This document shows, piece by piece, positions 36,846-47,230 of a stretch of 64,000 nt of DNA. Made by a program: the position numbers and the translations under genes. The notes beneath the pieces were generated by a model. The model was not told where the DNA came from. It did no database searches and saw only the letters and a program-made list of their open reading frames with translations. Origin of the DNA: a virus. The stretch lies in IMG/VR virus record IMGVR_UViG_3300020123_000219, positions 24,199-88,198 of that record; one strand, written 5' to 3'. Every line of letters begins with the position of its first letter. Position 1 is the stretch's first letter.

Positions 36846-37442
36846 TCATCGGACTCGGAAGTATTCCGTCGGGTGCCACCACTGGTCATAGTGGATGACG
36901 CTGACAGGGGAACCGGAATCGTGCGCCCCCAGAGTGTACCCGGAGCGGTCGTACAGCTCCACGTGCCCGGACCCGTAGAACGCGAGATCGCCTTTCCTCG
37001 GGTGGTAGACGCGGACCAGCTGCCGGCTGCCCAGCATCTCGTACGTCGTCCGGGGCAGGTAAACCCCGGCGTGCCGGTAGGCCATCATCACCAGCCCCGA
37101 GCAGTCGTAACCGTCGTGGCACGGCCCGGTGCCGCCCCACACGTACCAGCAGCCCCTCTGGGACATCGCCCACCTGTAGGCGATCAGCCGCCGGGACGTA
37201 CCCGACCGGACCGGGATCAGGTCACCGTGCGCCTTCCCCGAACGGGTAACCAGCACGCGTGCGTCCCGCGCCGCCGGAGCTGCAGGGACAGCAGGAGCAG
37301 CCGGCGCGGCGAACCTGGCTGCTTTCGACAGGGCAGCGGGCTGGGCGAACGCGGACGTGCCGCGCGGAGTAGCCAGCAGAACCCCCGCCAGGATGAAGGA
37401 CGCCGCGCCGAGCCACGCAGCCGTGATCTTCGCGCGCCTCAT
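36846..37442 (-). CDS. secreted NlpC/P60 peptidoglycan peptidase
   Basis: Signal peptide; YVWGGTGP...YDCSGL...LPRT...GHV. Confidence 0.9.
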   Translation of the reverse strand: MRRAKITAAWLGAASFILAGVLLATPRGTSAFAQPAALSKAARFAAPAAPAVPAAPAARDARVLVTRSGKAHGDLIPVRSGTSRRLIAYRWAMSQRGCWYVWGGTGPCHDGYDCSGLVMMAYRHAGVYLPRTTYEMLGSRQLVRVYHPRKGDLAFYGSGHVELYDRSGYTLGAHDSGSPVSVIHYDQWWHPTEYFRVR

Positions 37443-38206
37443 GCCTGGCACCCGTCGTAGCTGCTCCACGGCGAGGCGCCGGCTTCGGCGTAAAGCTTGT
37501 CGAATGCCTCGTACTGCACCGACGGGGGTGCCGTGGATGCGCCGCCCGGGTAGCCGAGGCCCATGCCGTCCCAGGTGGACAGCAGGAACCCGAACAGGCC
37601 CGACGCCCCCGATGACGGGTTGTAAGCAGCCGGGTCTCCGCCGGACTCGGACGCGATCACGCACGCGGTGAACGCGGCGGGCGGGGTGCCGTAACCGCCG
37701 GAAACCGGCGGAGCGGGAGCGGGCGCCGCCGGGGGCGGCGAGGTGACCGGCTGGGCGGGCTGGGCGGGCTGCGCAGTGGTCACTGGCGCAGGAGGCGGCG
37801 GCGGGGCGGCAGCGCTCTGCGCCTTCGCCATCACCAACGAGGAAACACCCGGCGACGCGGGGATCTGGACGCCGTCACCTGCCTCGATGACGTTCGGGTC
37901 CGGGATCAGGTTTCTGTTCGCCCACCACAGGGCAGGCCAGTCACCAGCGGACCCGAACACGCGGCGGGCGATGACGGACAGCGTGTCGCCCCGCCTGACC
38001 ACGACGTACCGGGGACGTGCAGGCCGTGCGGCCTGCGGGTGCTCCTGAGCAGCCCCTGCCGGGCCGGGAGACGTGAGAGAGATCGTGCCCGCCAGGCGCG
38101 CAGCCGGACCGGGCCGGGCACTGGCGGACGGGACCGCCGCGACCAGGATCGCGGCGGTGGCGGAGACGCCCGCTAGGGACAGGGCGATCCTCCGGGATCG
38201 GTGCAT
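37439..38206 (-). CDS. secreted LysM + Rpf/transglycosylase-like protein
   Basis: Signal peptide; LysM VRRGDTLSVIA...IPDPNVI; ESGGDP...GASGLFGF..STW...PW. Confidence 0.88.
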   Translation of the reverse strand: MHRSRRIALSLAGVSATAAILVAAVPSASARPGPAARLAGTISLTSPGPAGAAQEHPQAARPARPRYVVVRRGDTLSVIARRVFGSAGDWPALWWANRNLIPDPNVIEAGDGVQIPASPGVSSLVMAKAQSAAAPPPPPAPVTTAQPAQPAQPVTSPPPAAPAPAPPVSGGYGTPPAAFTACVIASESGGDPAAYNPSSGASGLFGFLLSTWDGMGLGYPGGASTAPPSVQYEAFDKLYAEAGASPWSSYDGCQA

Positions 38207-38483
38207 GTGTCTCCAGACACTCGCAGTGCGCGCTGACCGCCAGCGCCCGGCTACGGGGGGTGACGGCAGCGCCTGGTGAAAGGCACAGTAACACATCCGT
38301 GATCCCGCGCAAACCTTTTGATGAAATTTTCATCCGTTCCTTAGCGGCGCTAAGATAGTGATAGGTTCCGAAAGACGGGGAACGGAAGGAAACGAACATG
38401 AACTGCGACCGGTGCGGCCAGTGGGTCGGGATCGCCAGCAACGGTGAACTAGCCAGGCACAACGACCCGAAGACGGGCAGGAC

Positions 38484-38810
38484 GTGCACCTGACGGACAG
38501 GATCAGGATCTACCTGGAGCCACGCGACCTGTGGGTCGGGCTCTACGTCAGCCCCCGGCACCTCTACTGGTGCCCGCTGCCCTGCCTCGTGGTCAGGTGG
38601 ACGAGGAAACGCAGGATAAAGTACCCGCTGGTGCCGAACTGCGCGGGCTGCGGCCACATGTGGGCTCTCCACGGCCTGAACTACCGAGGCGGCGGCTGCT
38701 ACGCCGACAGCGACTGCCCGTGCCTTGAATACGAGGCTAGTGGTGAGAAGCCCGGAGTTCTTCCCATTCTGCGAGCGCTCGCCGGGACGCTGCGACGACC
38801 TCGGGGGTGA
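38484..38810 (+). CDS. hypothetical protein
   Basis: EPRDLWVGLY...YWCPLPCLV motif; Cys-rich C-terminus. Confidence 0.55.
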   Translation: MHLTDRIRIYLEPRDLWVGLYVSPRHLYWCPLPCLVVRWTRKRRIKYPLVPNCAGCGHMWALHGLNYRGGGCYADSDCPCLEYEASGEKPGVLPILRALAGTLRRPRG

Positions 38811-40965
38811 TCTTGTGGTGCCCCCAGTGCAGGTCACCGCGAGCCCACCTCTTCACCGCGTTGATCGCGGTGGCGATGGCCTGTGACTCATCCATGCCCT
38901 GGTCCCGCATGAGGGCGTGGGCTATGTGCTCGATATAGTTCGGGAGCTTCTGCGGACGACTGACGTGCCGGTCCGGTGTGTGCCACAGCCCGTGCGTGCC
39001 CAGCAGGTCCGGGGTCGCCTCAAGACGGGGGGTCTCCGCTGACTTCGACACCATCGCCGCGATGTGGTCCCACTCCGACGCCAGTTCCATCCGCAGGTCC
39101 GGATGCGACCCCATCTCCCCCGGATGGAACCACCCCAGATCCTCCGGGTCACCGTCCGGGTGATCCGGGTCGACGACATGGCCGCGTCGCTGCGGGACCG
39201 CTGATTCTGACGGTACTTCGAGGAAGTACACGCGGTGCTTCCCGTTCGGCGAGTCCACCCAGCCCGTGACCTTCCCGTCGGGCGGCAGGCACCTGGTCTC
39301 CTCCGCCCACTCCCGCATCGCCGCGTCCAGCGGCAGCTCCCCGTCCTCCATCCGCCCGCCCGGGAACTCCCACTTCCCGCCCGCGTCATCATCCGGGTCA
39401 GGGCGGCGCCGCATCATCAGCACCCGCCCGGAATCCGCAGCGTGCACGGCCACCGACGCGGCCCGCATGCCCTTCGACGCCGCCGAGTCGGTCGCTCCCG
39501 GGTCACCCTCGTGGTACTGGTAGTCGTGGGACTTCTCCGCCTCCCGCGCCGTCTCCATGTCAACCCGGCCCACATAGGCGTGGATCGGCTCGCCCAGCTC
39601 GTGGTACGCCACCGCGTGATGATGCCCGTCGATAATGATCAGGTGCGTGCCCCGGTCAGTGTCCGGCCGGTCGATCATCACGACCGGCTTCGGCTGCCTG
39701 CCCGCCGCCAGGTCGTCCTTGATCTTCCGCTTGAAACGGTCGACCTTCGCGTCCTCATGCCCCGCCGCCCACTTCTCCGGGGTATAGTTCACCTGCGTCG
39801 CAGGCACCTGCACCGGGCCGGTCCACTCGGCCCGGTGCACCCACTCAATCGAGTGAGCCGGGTAGTCCGGCAGGAGCTGCTGGTATACCCGCCCGCCCAC
39901 CGGGTCCGAGCGGTCCCGCCACGGCTTCGCCTTCACCAGCCCCGGCTCGTCGTCCTTCCCGATCATCCGCATGATCCGGTTCGACGGGCGCAGGTAACAC
40001 CGGCAGTTCGGGTGCTGCGGGGGCGCTTTGACGCCGCCGGGGAACTTCTCCCCGAGCCTGATGGTGCCCTTCGCCTCATTCGCCCGGCACACCTTGCACA
40101 CCAGGCCGTCGTGGCGGGTGACCCACCGCACCCACTTGATCCCGGCCCTCTGGTATACCACCAGCATGCTCGCGCCAGATGCCCGCGCAGCCTCCGTCGC
40201 GCTGATCATCTGAGCCCGCCACCGGGCAAGGAACGCCCGCTCCAGCGCATCAGCGAGCCGCTGCGAGCCCCACCCGTTCGCGGTGGCAACCGCCAGGATC
40301 TGCGCGACCCGGGCAGCCAGGCTGCCCACGATCAGCGCAACCTCGGCGCTCAGCATTGCTGAGGTCGCCCACGCCACGAAAGCTGCGTCGGCTGCTATCA
40401 GCAATGCGAGCTGCTGGCCGGGAGGCAGCTGCGGCGGCGGGGCAGGCGGCGGCGGTACCCGCTGCGGCGGCGGATTCCCCCGCATCTGCCGCGCCTGCTG
40501 CCGGCGGCGCTTCTTCTTCCGTTTCGCCGGCTTCTTACCCGCCGGCGGAGGCGTCAGCAGCGGTTCCGCGAGCATTGCCTCGGCCTGGGCTTTCGCGTCT
40601 GCCCAGGCCCGCGCCCACAGCCTGGGCAGCACCTGCTCCAGCGACTGCGCGAACCGGTCCAGGAACCCGCGCTCAGCCAGCCACTGCGCCGCGAACGCGG
40701 TCACGTCCGCTGAGGGCGGCGTGTTGGTCTCGACCGGCGGGGTCGGCGGGCCTGGCAGCGACGGCGGGGGCGGCGGCACCGCTCCGCGCACCGCGTACTT
40801 CAGGATTCCCGACGCGTTCAGCCACGCCGTGGCGATTCCCTCCGGGCTGACGGACGCGAGGGCGTCCCAGACCTGGGTCGCGAACTCCGCAGCGGCCGGG
40901 TCCGCGTCAGCCTGCCAGCGTGCCGCTGCCTCGTGGTCGTCGCCGTAGTGCCACGGGGTCGTCAT
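38737..40965 (-). CDS. MuF (gp7-like) head protein fused to ParB-like and NUDIX domains
   Basis: RAQMISATE...CKVC...PPQHPNCRC; IIDGHHH; GGRMEDGELPLDAAMREWAEET. Confidence 0.85.
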   Translation of the reverse strand: MTTPWHYGDDHEAAARWQADADPAAAEFATQVWDALASVSPEGIATAWLNASGILKYAVRGAVPPPPPSLPGPPTPPVETNTPPSADVTAFAAQWLAERGFLDRFAQSLEQVLPRLWARAWADAKAQAEAMLAEPLLTPPPAGKKPAKRKKKRRRQQARQMRGNPPPQRVPPPPAPPPQLPPGQQLALLIAADAAFVAWATSAMLSAEVALIVGSLAARVAQILAVATANGWGSQRLADALERAFLARWRAQMISATEAARASGASMLVVYQRAGIKWVRWVTRHDGLVCKVCRANEAKGTIRLGEKFPGGVKAPPQHPNCRCYLRPSNRIMRMIGKDDEPGLVKAKPWRDRSDPVGGRVYQQLLPDYPAHSIEWVHRAEWTGPVQVPATQVNYTPEKWAAGHEDAKVDRFKRKIKDDLAAGRQPKPVVMIDRPDTDRGTHLIIIDGHHHAVAYHELGEPIHAYVGRVDMETAREAEKSHDYQYHEGDPGATDSAASKGMRAASVAVHAADSGRVLMMRRRPDPDDDAGGKWEFPGGRMEDGELPLDAAMREWAEETRCLPPDGKVTGWVDSPNGKHRVYFLEVPSESAVPQRRGHVVDPDHPDGDPEDLGWFHPGEMGSHPDLRMELASEWDHIAAMVSKSAETPRLEATPDLLGTHGLWHTPDRHVSRPQKLPNYIEHIAHALMRDQGMDESQAIATAINAVKRWARGDLHWGHHKITPEVVAASRRALAEWEELRASHH

Positions 40966-42938
40966 CTGGCTCCTGCAAGCTCGCGCTCGCGGTTCTCCAG
41001 CCTGCGCAGGTACTCGACCGCGTGTCCCGCATACCCCTCATGTGAGGCAGATATGACAGTGTTGAGAGTCTTGTCGGAGATGTACCTGTTTTCCCATGTT
41101 TGCGGGTCTCTGCCCTTGTTAACATGCCTGCGCAGCGCCGCCAGCTCCGCAGCCTTCGCAGCCGGGCTCGCGGCAGGCTTCCGCCGGGCACCCGAGGACA
41201 TCGCGTGCCCAGGTGCTTCCTGCGCCGGCTGGGGCGGGCGCACTGTATTCATGGGCCGCTGCGGGTTCCCGCCGCCGCCCGGCACGATCCCCGCCAGCGC
41301 CGCGTCGCCCGCCGCCGCCTGCTGCCCGGCAGCCTGGCCCTGAGCCGTCCCCGGCATCGCGGCAAGAGGCACCAGCCCCGACGAAGTAGCCCACACCGGC
41401 TCGCGCGTGAGGTCCAGGTCCCAAGGATCATGTCCGGTTTCCTGGCGCAGCTCGTCGATGGACAGGCCGCCGTGCTCCAGCCTGTTGATCAGGTCGGCCG
41501 TGAGGGACGCCGCGTCCTGCTCCTCCTCGATCCCTTCCCACCGCCACGCCATGTCGTCCTGCTTCAGGACGTTCTGGATCACGTGGTTGAAAATCGACGC
41601 CAGCCACTTCAGGTCCGGCAGCGTCGCCTTCCGCTGATGGATGTTCTGCGTCTGCTGCGAGAACATGCGGATCGACGCAGTCGACACCGTCGGCCCGATC
41701 TGCGGGATGATCCCCAGCTCGGTAGGCATCACCGAGTCGCCCATGCACACCTCCGTCATCAGCGTGGTATCATCCTCGCCCGCCAGCGCCGGGGGCTTCT
41801 GCGGAGACACCTTCGACCCGGGCGGCAGCACGAGAAGCTTGTGCTTCCACGCCTGATCCCCCGCGATCACGTTCAGGTTCTCCTGAAGCTCCCGGATCTG
41901 GTTCGGCGTGAAGCTAGGGTCACCCGGCGAGATGAACATCCCCGGGATCGTGCCCTCAGTGAAGAACTCAAGCTGGTACTGCTGCTTCCGCAAATGCGCC
42001 ATCGCAGGAATGATGACCCGCTCCAGCGGGGACTGGCCGTACACCGTCCACGACCGGGGCCAGCGCGGCATGTACATCAGCTGGTCGCCACGGTACTGCT
42101 TCAGCGGCGCGTCCATGTCCTTCTGGTCGTCGCCCATGAGCAGCGTCATCAGGTCAACCCGGGGCACCCCGTACGCGTACACCTGGTAGGCCGGGTTCGG
42201 GGGGCGTGGCTTCGCGCCCCGAAGGTCGATCAGCGGGCGGACGATCGTGCCGTCCAGCAGCTGCATCTCGGTCAGGTCCGAACCGAGAACGCCCTTCCCC
42301 GGCAGCCGGGACGGCATCAGGTACACCGACAGGGCATCGACCACGAAAATGTCTTCGAGGACCGCCGACATCCACGACCCGAAATCCTGGTAGTTCGAGT
42401 CAGGGTGGCGGAAGAACTTCATCAGCTCAGCACGGCGCTCCGCGAAATCCCGCATCCCCTTCTTGTCGCCGTGCAGCGACTTCCCGGCCTCTTTCGTGGG
42501 AACGATGTCCCATTCGATGCCGGTGATCTCGTCCTTGCGGAGCTGGATGCACGCCCGCGCCACCGAGTACAGGTCAGAGTAAAGGCGGAGCGTGGCAAAG
42601 TCGCACAGCTTCAGGCCCTCGGTGCCCGGCTGCCCGATCGGCAGGTTCCACGCCTGCGGGTACTGCCACCTGCGCGGCTCAGGCCGCTCGAACCCCGGCC
42701 TCGGGGCGTCGATCGGAGTGGGCGGCAGCGGGGTCAGCGGAGCGAACGCCCCCGTCACGAATGCGGACGGGTCACGCGGAAGCGCCGCATAGGCCGTCTG
42801 GCCCATGCTCCACTGCTGGTAGGACGCCAGAAGCGGTGACACCGACGAGCCGAAAGGCTGCCCGCCCCGCGAGGTCAGCGCTGCTGACCTCGCCGCAGCG
42901 CCAGCAGCAATCGCGCCTGCGCGGCTACGAGGAGCCAA
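40962..42938 (-). CDS. portal protein
   Basis: VARACIQLR, LDGTIVRP, YGQSPLE, FFTEGTIP, SIDELRQETG. Confidence 0.9.
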   Translation of the reverse strand: MAPRSRAGAIAAGAAARSAALTSRGGQPFGSSVSPLLASYQQWSMGQTAYAALPRDPSAFVTGAFAPLTPLPPTPIDAPRPGFERPEPRRWQYPQAWNLPIGQPGTEGLKLCDFATLRLYSDLYSVARACIQLRKDEITGIEWDIVPTKEAGKSLHGDKKGMRDFAERRAELMKFFRHPDSNYQDFGSWMSAVLEDIFVVDALSVYLMPSRLPGKGVLGSDLTEMQLLDGTIVRPLIDLRGAKPRPPNPAYQVYAYGVPRVDLMTLLMGDDQKDMDAPLKQYRGDQLMYMPRWPRSWTVYGQSPLERVIIPAMAHLRKQQYQLEFFTEGTIPGMFISPGDPSFTPNQIRELQENLNVIAGDQAWKHKLLVLPPGSKVSPQKPPALAGEDDTTLMTEVCMGDSVMPTELGIIPQIGPTVSTASIRMFSQQTQNIHQRKATLPDLKWLASIFNHVIQNVLKQDDMAWRWEGIEEEQDAASLTADLINRLEHGGLSIDELRQETGHDPWDLDLTREPVWATSSGLVPLAAMPGTAQGQAAGQQAAAGDAALAGIVPGGGGNPQRPMNTVRPPQPAQEAPGHAMSSGARRKPAASPAAKAAELAALRRHVNKGRDPQTWENRYISDKTLNTVISASHEGYAGHAVEYLRRLENRERELAGAR

Positions 42939-43009
42939 TAACCTCCCGGACGACCAGCCAGATCATGGCCCTGACCATACCATTATGCCCCACAGCGGAA
43001 AAGCCGTCG

Positions 43010-43081
43010 TTGGCCTGGGGAGACTCGAACTCCCGTGTCCGACTTAGGAGGTCGGCGCTCTGTCCCCTGAGCTACAGGCCA
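43010..43081 (-). tRNA. tRNA-Arg(CCT)
   Basis: Cloverleaf; loop CTCCTAA. Confidence 0.9.
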
Positions 43082-43453
43082 ATGCCTGTCAGTCGTCCCC
43101 CGGGCAGTTACTGGCCCCGCACCCGGACGGGCACGTGCAGCTCCACCGGGAGCTATTGCTCCCGCCACAACCCGTATACGGGCAGCCGCCCTCATCCTCA
43201 TGACACATAAACATACGCACCCCGTTTCTCACGGCTTCAGGATCAGGTTAACCGCGCCGAGCGCCATCTCCTCGGCGTCATCAATGGCCAGGTCCACGCG
43301 CACCGTGCCCGCAGCCTGCCTCAGGCACCCGTCCACATCGAACGCCACAGTAACCATTTCCCGTTTCCTTTCCGCTGCGCGGGCACGGACCCCCGGTGGG
43401 GGTCAGATGCACGACGGGGGGAGTCATGCGTCGGGCTGGGAGCCCGTGCCCTG

Positions 43454-43527
43454 TGTCCCTAGGGTGATTCGAACACCCGACCTTTCGCTCCGGAGGCGAA
43501 CGCGCTGTCCATCTGCGCTATAGGGAC
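43454..43527 (-). tRNA. tRNA-Arg(CCG)
   Basis: Cloverleaf; loop CTCCGGA. Confidence 0.9.
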
Positions 43528-43545
43528 TCGCCTATTACATCACAT

Positions 43546-43854
43546 TCACTCGCCGATCCCGAGTTCTCTTTCCAGATCTTCTGTCTTCCGTTCCCGCTCA
43601 GCCACCAGCCGTTCCCGCTCATCAAGCGCAGCCGCCTGCTCAGCCGGGGTCGGCCTCATCTTCCACAACATCGCCGCCGCGAGCAGCACTAGCGGCCAGA
43701 TCATCCCGCAGCACATCGCCAGGACGCCATCCAGGACCCTGTCCTCTAGATCGCGCGGGCTATCGTCGTCCAGGTGCGTATACCAGACCACAGCGCGGCC
43801 AGTCACCACGAACGCGACCATGTACGCCGCGAAAATCAGCCAGCCGATCATCAT
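43546..43854 (-). CDS. 2-TM membrane protein with coiled coil
   Basis: Two hydrophobic helices, IWPLVL. Confidence 0.65.
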   Translation of the reverse strand: MMIGWLIFAAYMVAFVVTGRAVVWYTHLDDDSPRDLEDRVLDGVLAMCCGMIWPLVLLAAAMLWKMRPTPAEQAAALDERERLVAERERKTEDLERELGIGE

Positions 43855-44321
43855 TCTTCCATTCCCTGACGATTGCGGGGCGCGATCACGATCCATTTCC
43901 ATGAACTGTCGTCCCTGTAGTCCAGCGCCTTCCCTGTTTTCCTGTCCCAGCCCTGCATCCGCACGAGATGCGGCCTGCACCGTACCCTCCGCATGACCGC
44001 GCCCATCTCCTCGCGGTGCCACGACAGCAACCCGACCGTCACATGATGCCTCCGGCTGTTCAGGGACAGCCGGTTCGGCTCCCCGAAGAACGCGTTAAGG
44101 TCCAGCGTGAACCCGCGCGCAGGGGACGGCACTACCGTGCACCGGCAGGCACTGGCCTTGCATCCGGGTTCATGCCGTGTGCGGGCGTCCTTACCGACCC
44201 GGACCGCGAGGCAGCACCCGTACGGGAACCTCGGGTTCAGGTCCAGGTCAAAATACAGCCACGGCACATCCTTAACCTCGATGCACACCGCGCCGTAATA
44301 ATCGCCTTTCGTTATCTTCAC
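43851..44321 (-). CDS. hypothetical protein
   Basis: ORF directly after tRNA-Tyr, coupled to next gene. Confidence 0.45.
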   Translation of the reverse strand: MKITKGDYYGAVCIEVKDVPWLYFDLDLNPRFPYGCCLAVRVGKDARTRHEPGCKASACRCTVVPSPARGFTLDLNAFFGEPNRLSLNSRRHHVTVGLLSWHREEMGAVMRRVRCRPHLVRMQGWDRKTGKALDYRDDSSWKWIVIAPRNRQGMEE

Positions 44322-44322
44322 G

Positions 44323-44402
44323 TGCTGGAGGAGGGACTCGAACCCCCGATGCCGAAGCCAGGACTTTACAGGCCCCTGAGCAAGCCGCTGCTCAACTCCA
44401 GC
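44323..44402 (-). tRNA. tRNA-Tyr(GTA)
   Basis: Loop CTGTAAA; short variable arm. Confidence 0.85.
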
Positions 44403-44409
44403 CAGTCGT

Positions 44410-44757
44410 TTATGCTTGCTTCGCCTTGTCCTCGGGGAGAGGCGGCAGTTCGGCGAGGGATTTCGTCCATTCGAGCGCGATCTCGGACAGGGTCGCCATC
44501 ATCTCGCGGGCGTTGTCCGGGGTCAGGCACACCCCGACATAGGTATCGGCGTGACCTCTCCGGATCACGTTCCACGCGGTGCGGAACCGGTTTTTCAGGG
44601 ACGGGAAGAAATCCCCGCCGACGTGGAGGTACCCGTCGACCTCGAAGCCGTGGTCGCGGTATCCGTCGCTGTCGGGGACGGGCCACCAGGTGATGCGGAG
44701 GAAGTGGTCGCCGCCGCAGTCACACGGGTAGATCAGGTCCCGCTGGCTTTTCTCCAT
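44410..44757 (-). CDS. hypothetical protein
   Basis: GGAAAGGG RBS; CDCGGDH motif. Confidence 0.65.
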   Translation of the reverse strand: MEKSQRDLIYPCDCGGDHFLRITWWPVPDSDGYRDHGFEVDGYLHVGGDFFPSLKNRFRTAWNVIRRGHADTYVGVCLTPDNAREMMATLSEIALEWTKSLAELPPLPEDKAKQA

Positions 44758-44937
44758 TGTCCCTTTCCCTTGTCAGCCGTGCCGGAGCCGGCAAAGGTGA
44801 GCCAGCTTGAACTGGTCAATCCGCCACGACCCGATGTGGTAGGCGCCGTGCTGAGAGCACCACCAGATAAACGGCTCTACCAGCCACGCCGGAAGTTTCG
44901 TGAGCATGATCTTGCTGATCATCGCTACCTCTTTTCG

Positions 44938-45012
44938 GGTGAGCCACGAGACTCGAACTCGCAACCTCCGGGATCACAACCCGGCGCTCTGGCCTGTTGA
45001 GCTAGGCCCACC
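44938..45012 (-). tRNA. tRNA-His(GTG)
   Basis: Loop TTGTGAT; G-1/C73. Confidence 0.9.
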
Positions 45013-45129
45013 ATGTGGCAGGTGCGCGCCCTCCCTGCGTGGAGGGCGCGCATAACGCTGGCGTGATCGTACGCAGAACCCACCAGCAGAGACAGCCTGC
45101 CGTCCATCTCTAGCCCGTTTTAAGGGCCG

Positions 45130-45201
45130 TAGGCGCTGAGGGGATCGAACCCCCGACCCGCCGCTCGTGAAGCGGCTGCTCTCCCGCTGAGCTAAGCGCC
45201 C
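45130..45201 (-). tRNA. tRNA-Val(CAC)
   Basis: Loop TTCACGA. Confidence 0.9.
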
Positions 45202-45591
45202 TCGTAGTTGCCGATTTCCGTGCCGCAGATCTTGCACCCGATCTTGCGGATTGTGCGGTAACTGCCCTGCATCTGCGATGCAGACCCGGATGTAGCCCTG
45301 ATATCCCCGCCCAGCCGTACCCGGTACAGCAGGTCCGGGTACCTGTCAGGACAGCCCGCTGCCCGGAGGGCCTGCACACGGGCGGTTTCGAACGGTTCCA
45401 GCTGCCGGGGTGTTCGCCAGTGGTCCCAGCTCACCGGGACAGGCACCTCATTCACGCCATTCATGATACCATTCACGGGTTCCGATCACAAGAAAGGGGA
45501 ACAGCGATGAGCAAGCACGACGCCTCCCAGACAAGAGGCACCCGCCAGGGGCTGCCTCCGTAGGCCGAGCGGAGGGAGGTGACAACCGAAA

Positions 45592-45738
45592 ATTGCCCAG
45601 AAGCCCAAGCAGGGAGGCAAGAAGAACCGGAAGCACAACCGCAACCGGATCAAGTGCCAGCGCTACGCTGCCGAGCACCGCCGGGTCAAGAACAACCCCG
45701 CCCGCACCCAGCGGAACCCCGAAAGGACCCCGCACTAG
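45592..45738 (+). CDS. 48-aa highly basic peptide, ATT start
   Basis: GGAGGT RBS; GGKKNRKHNRNRIKCQRY; terminator hairpin at 45765-45800. Confidence 0.45.
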   Translation: MAQKPKQGGKKNRKHNRNRIKCQRYAAEHRRVKNNPARTQRNPERTPH

Positions 45739-46037
45739 AATGAGCAACGCGAGGCTTCCAGCCAGGAACCCCGGAGGGGACGTAACCCTCCGGGGTTTCC
45801 CATGTGCGTGCCCGGCCAGAGACCGGCAGGACCGTGGGCGACTCCCGGGCCAGCATCAGGTAGTAACACTGCGCGATGCATGGTGACAAATGCCCGCGTG
45901 ATCGAGTTGCACTGTTCACGAATGTAGAAGACTCGGAACTTCTACAGTGGGCGAGGCTGATCCTGTATGAGAGGGGCCTCAGCTCGATGCTCGCTCCCGG
46001 GACACGGCCCTGCCGGCGTCTGGCCGGGCACGCTGCC

Positions 46038-46508
46038 TTACCCGGCCAGGTCTGTCGCGAAGTTCGACGCCTGGATCATGTTGTCCAGCTCCTGGTACTC
46101 CCGCGCCAGGTCATCAGCCTGCTGCCGCAGGTCCGGGATGCGCAGGTCCGTCTTCGACGCCAGCTCCGACCGGCGGCGCCCGAACCCGTACCGGTCCGAC
46201 TCCGGCCCGGCCGCGTCCGCGATCTCCGTGACCGCCTTCCGCGTCACCGACAGCACATCCCGGCGCGCAATCGCCGCCGTGACCGTCATCCCGTTCGGCA
46301 GCACCGTAGACAGGTTCGTCACGTTGAGCTGCGTGGTCAGCACCTGCAACCGCTTTGCTAGCCCCAGATACCGCTCCAGCAACACCAGCGCGCTCTCCTG
46401 CGGCTCCTCACCCTCCTGATACCGCGCGCACCGCGTCGCCCGGGACTTCACCTCACCCATCCGGCGCACCACATCCGCCCGCTCAGCGAGCGCCTCAGAC
46501 ACCTTCAC
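46038..46508 (-). CDS. DIP1984-family coiled-coil protein
   Basis: MKVSEALAERAD...QEGEEP.E...LDNMIQASNF. Confidence 0.8.
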   Translation of the reverse strand: MKVSEALAERADVVRRMGEVKSRATRCARYQEGEEPQESALVLLERYLGLAKRLQVLTTQLNVTNLSTVLPNGMTVTAAIARRDVLSVTRKAVTEIADAAGPESDRYGFGRRRSELASKTDLRIPDLRQQADDLAREYQELDNMIQASNFATDLAG

Positions 46509-46978
46509 AGATCCGCCTCTTCCTTTCCGTCGCCATCACGGGCGATCAGCTCATCCCGGTCCCACGTCGGCACCTGAGTCACGTCAGCGGGATCAACCCC
46601 TGCCATCACGCACACCCGTGCGATAAGGTCCGCGTGGGCAGCCGACGGGTCACTGCCCCTGCCCACCGGCCAGTCCTCAGACCGGACCCGGTCCCACCAG
46701 ACCATGCACTCAACGTCGCTGCCGTTCCAGTCCCGCCACGCCTCGTCAGACAGCCGGTGCGGCGCGACGGGGAAGGCCAGCCACGCCGCCGAACCGAAAC
46801 CGCCCTCATACCCCCCGCCATACCGCGCCTGGACCACCGTCACAGGATAAATATGAGGGACCGTGCCGAAACCGCCCGCAGCCACGACCGTCTCCGCCTG
46901 CAGATGAATCGAACCCATCCACGCATGCTCAAACGGCACTTCCCAAAAATCCTTCAACGTGCCCCTCATCCTCGCCAC
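46505..46978 (-). CDS. hypothetical protein
   Basis: YPVTVVQARYGGGYEGG...WLAF motif. Confidence 0.6.
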   Translation of the reverse strand: MARMRGTLKDFWEVPFEHAWMGSIHLQAETVVAAGGFGTVPHIYPVTVVQARYGGGYEGGFGSAAWLAFPVAPHRLSDEAWRDWNGSDVECMVWWDRVRSEDWPVGRGSDPSAAHADLIARVCVMAGVDPADVTQVPTWDRDELIARDGDGKEEADL

Positions 46979-47230
46979 GCGATAATCGCGATAACGGCGC
47001 CGACATCAGCAGCAGCGAACACAATCCACAGCAGCGCCGCGATCAGCTGCGCTCTCAGGTACGACCCGTTCTCGCCCTCACGGCGATCAGAGTACGAACA
47101 GGTGCTCCATATAGCGAAAAACACCGACGCGAAAGCCAGGAGCATGATCAGGACAGCCTGCATCACGCCCAGGTCAACCGGAATCCCGTGCTCATGCACC
47201 ACAACGTCATTCCTTTCCCATTCCGTACCG

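Noticed and set aside
38206-38340. c-di-AMP (ydaO) riboswitch upstream of the Rpf-like gene
   Set aside because: Conserved ydaO motifs are not visible
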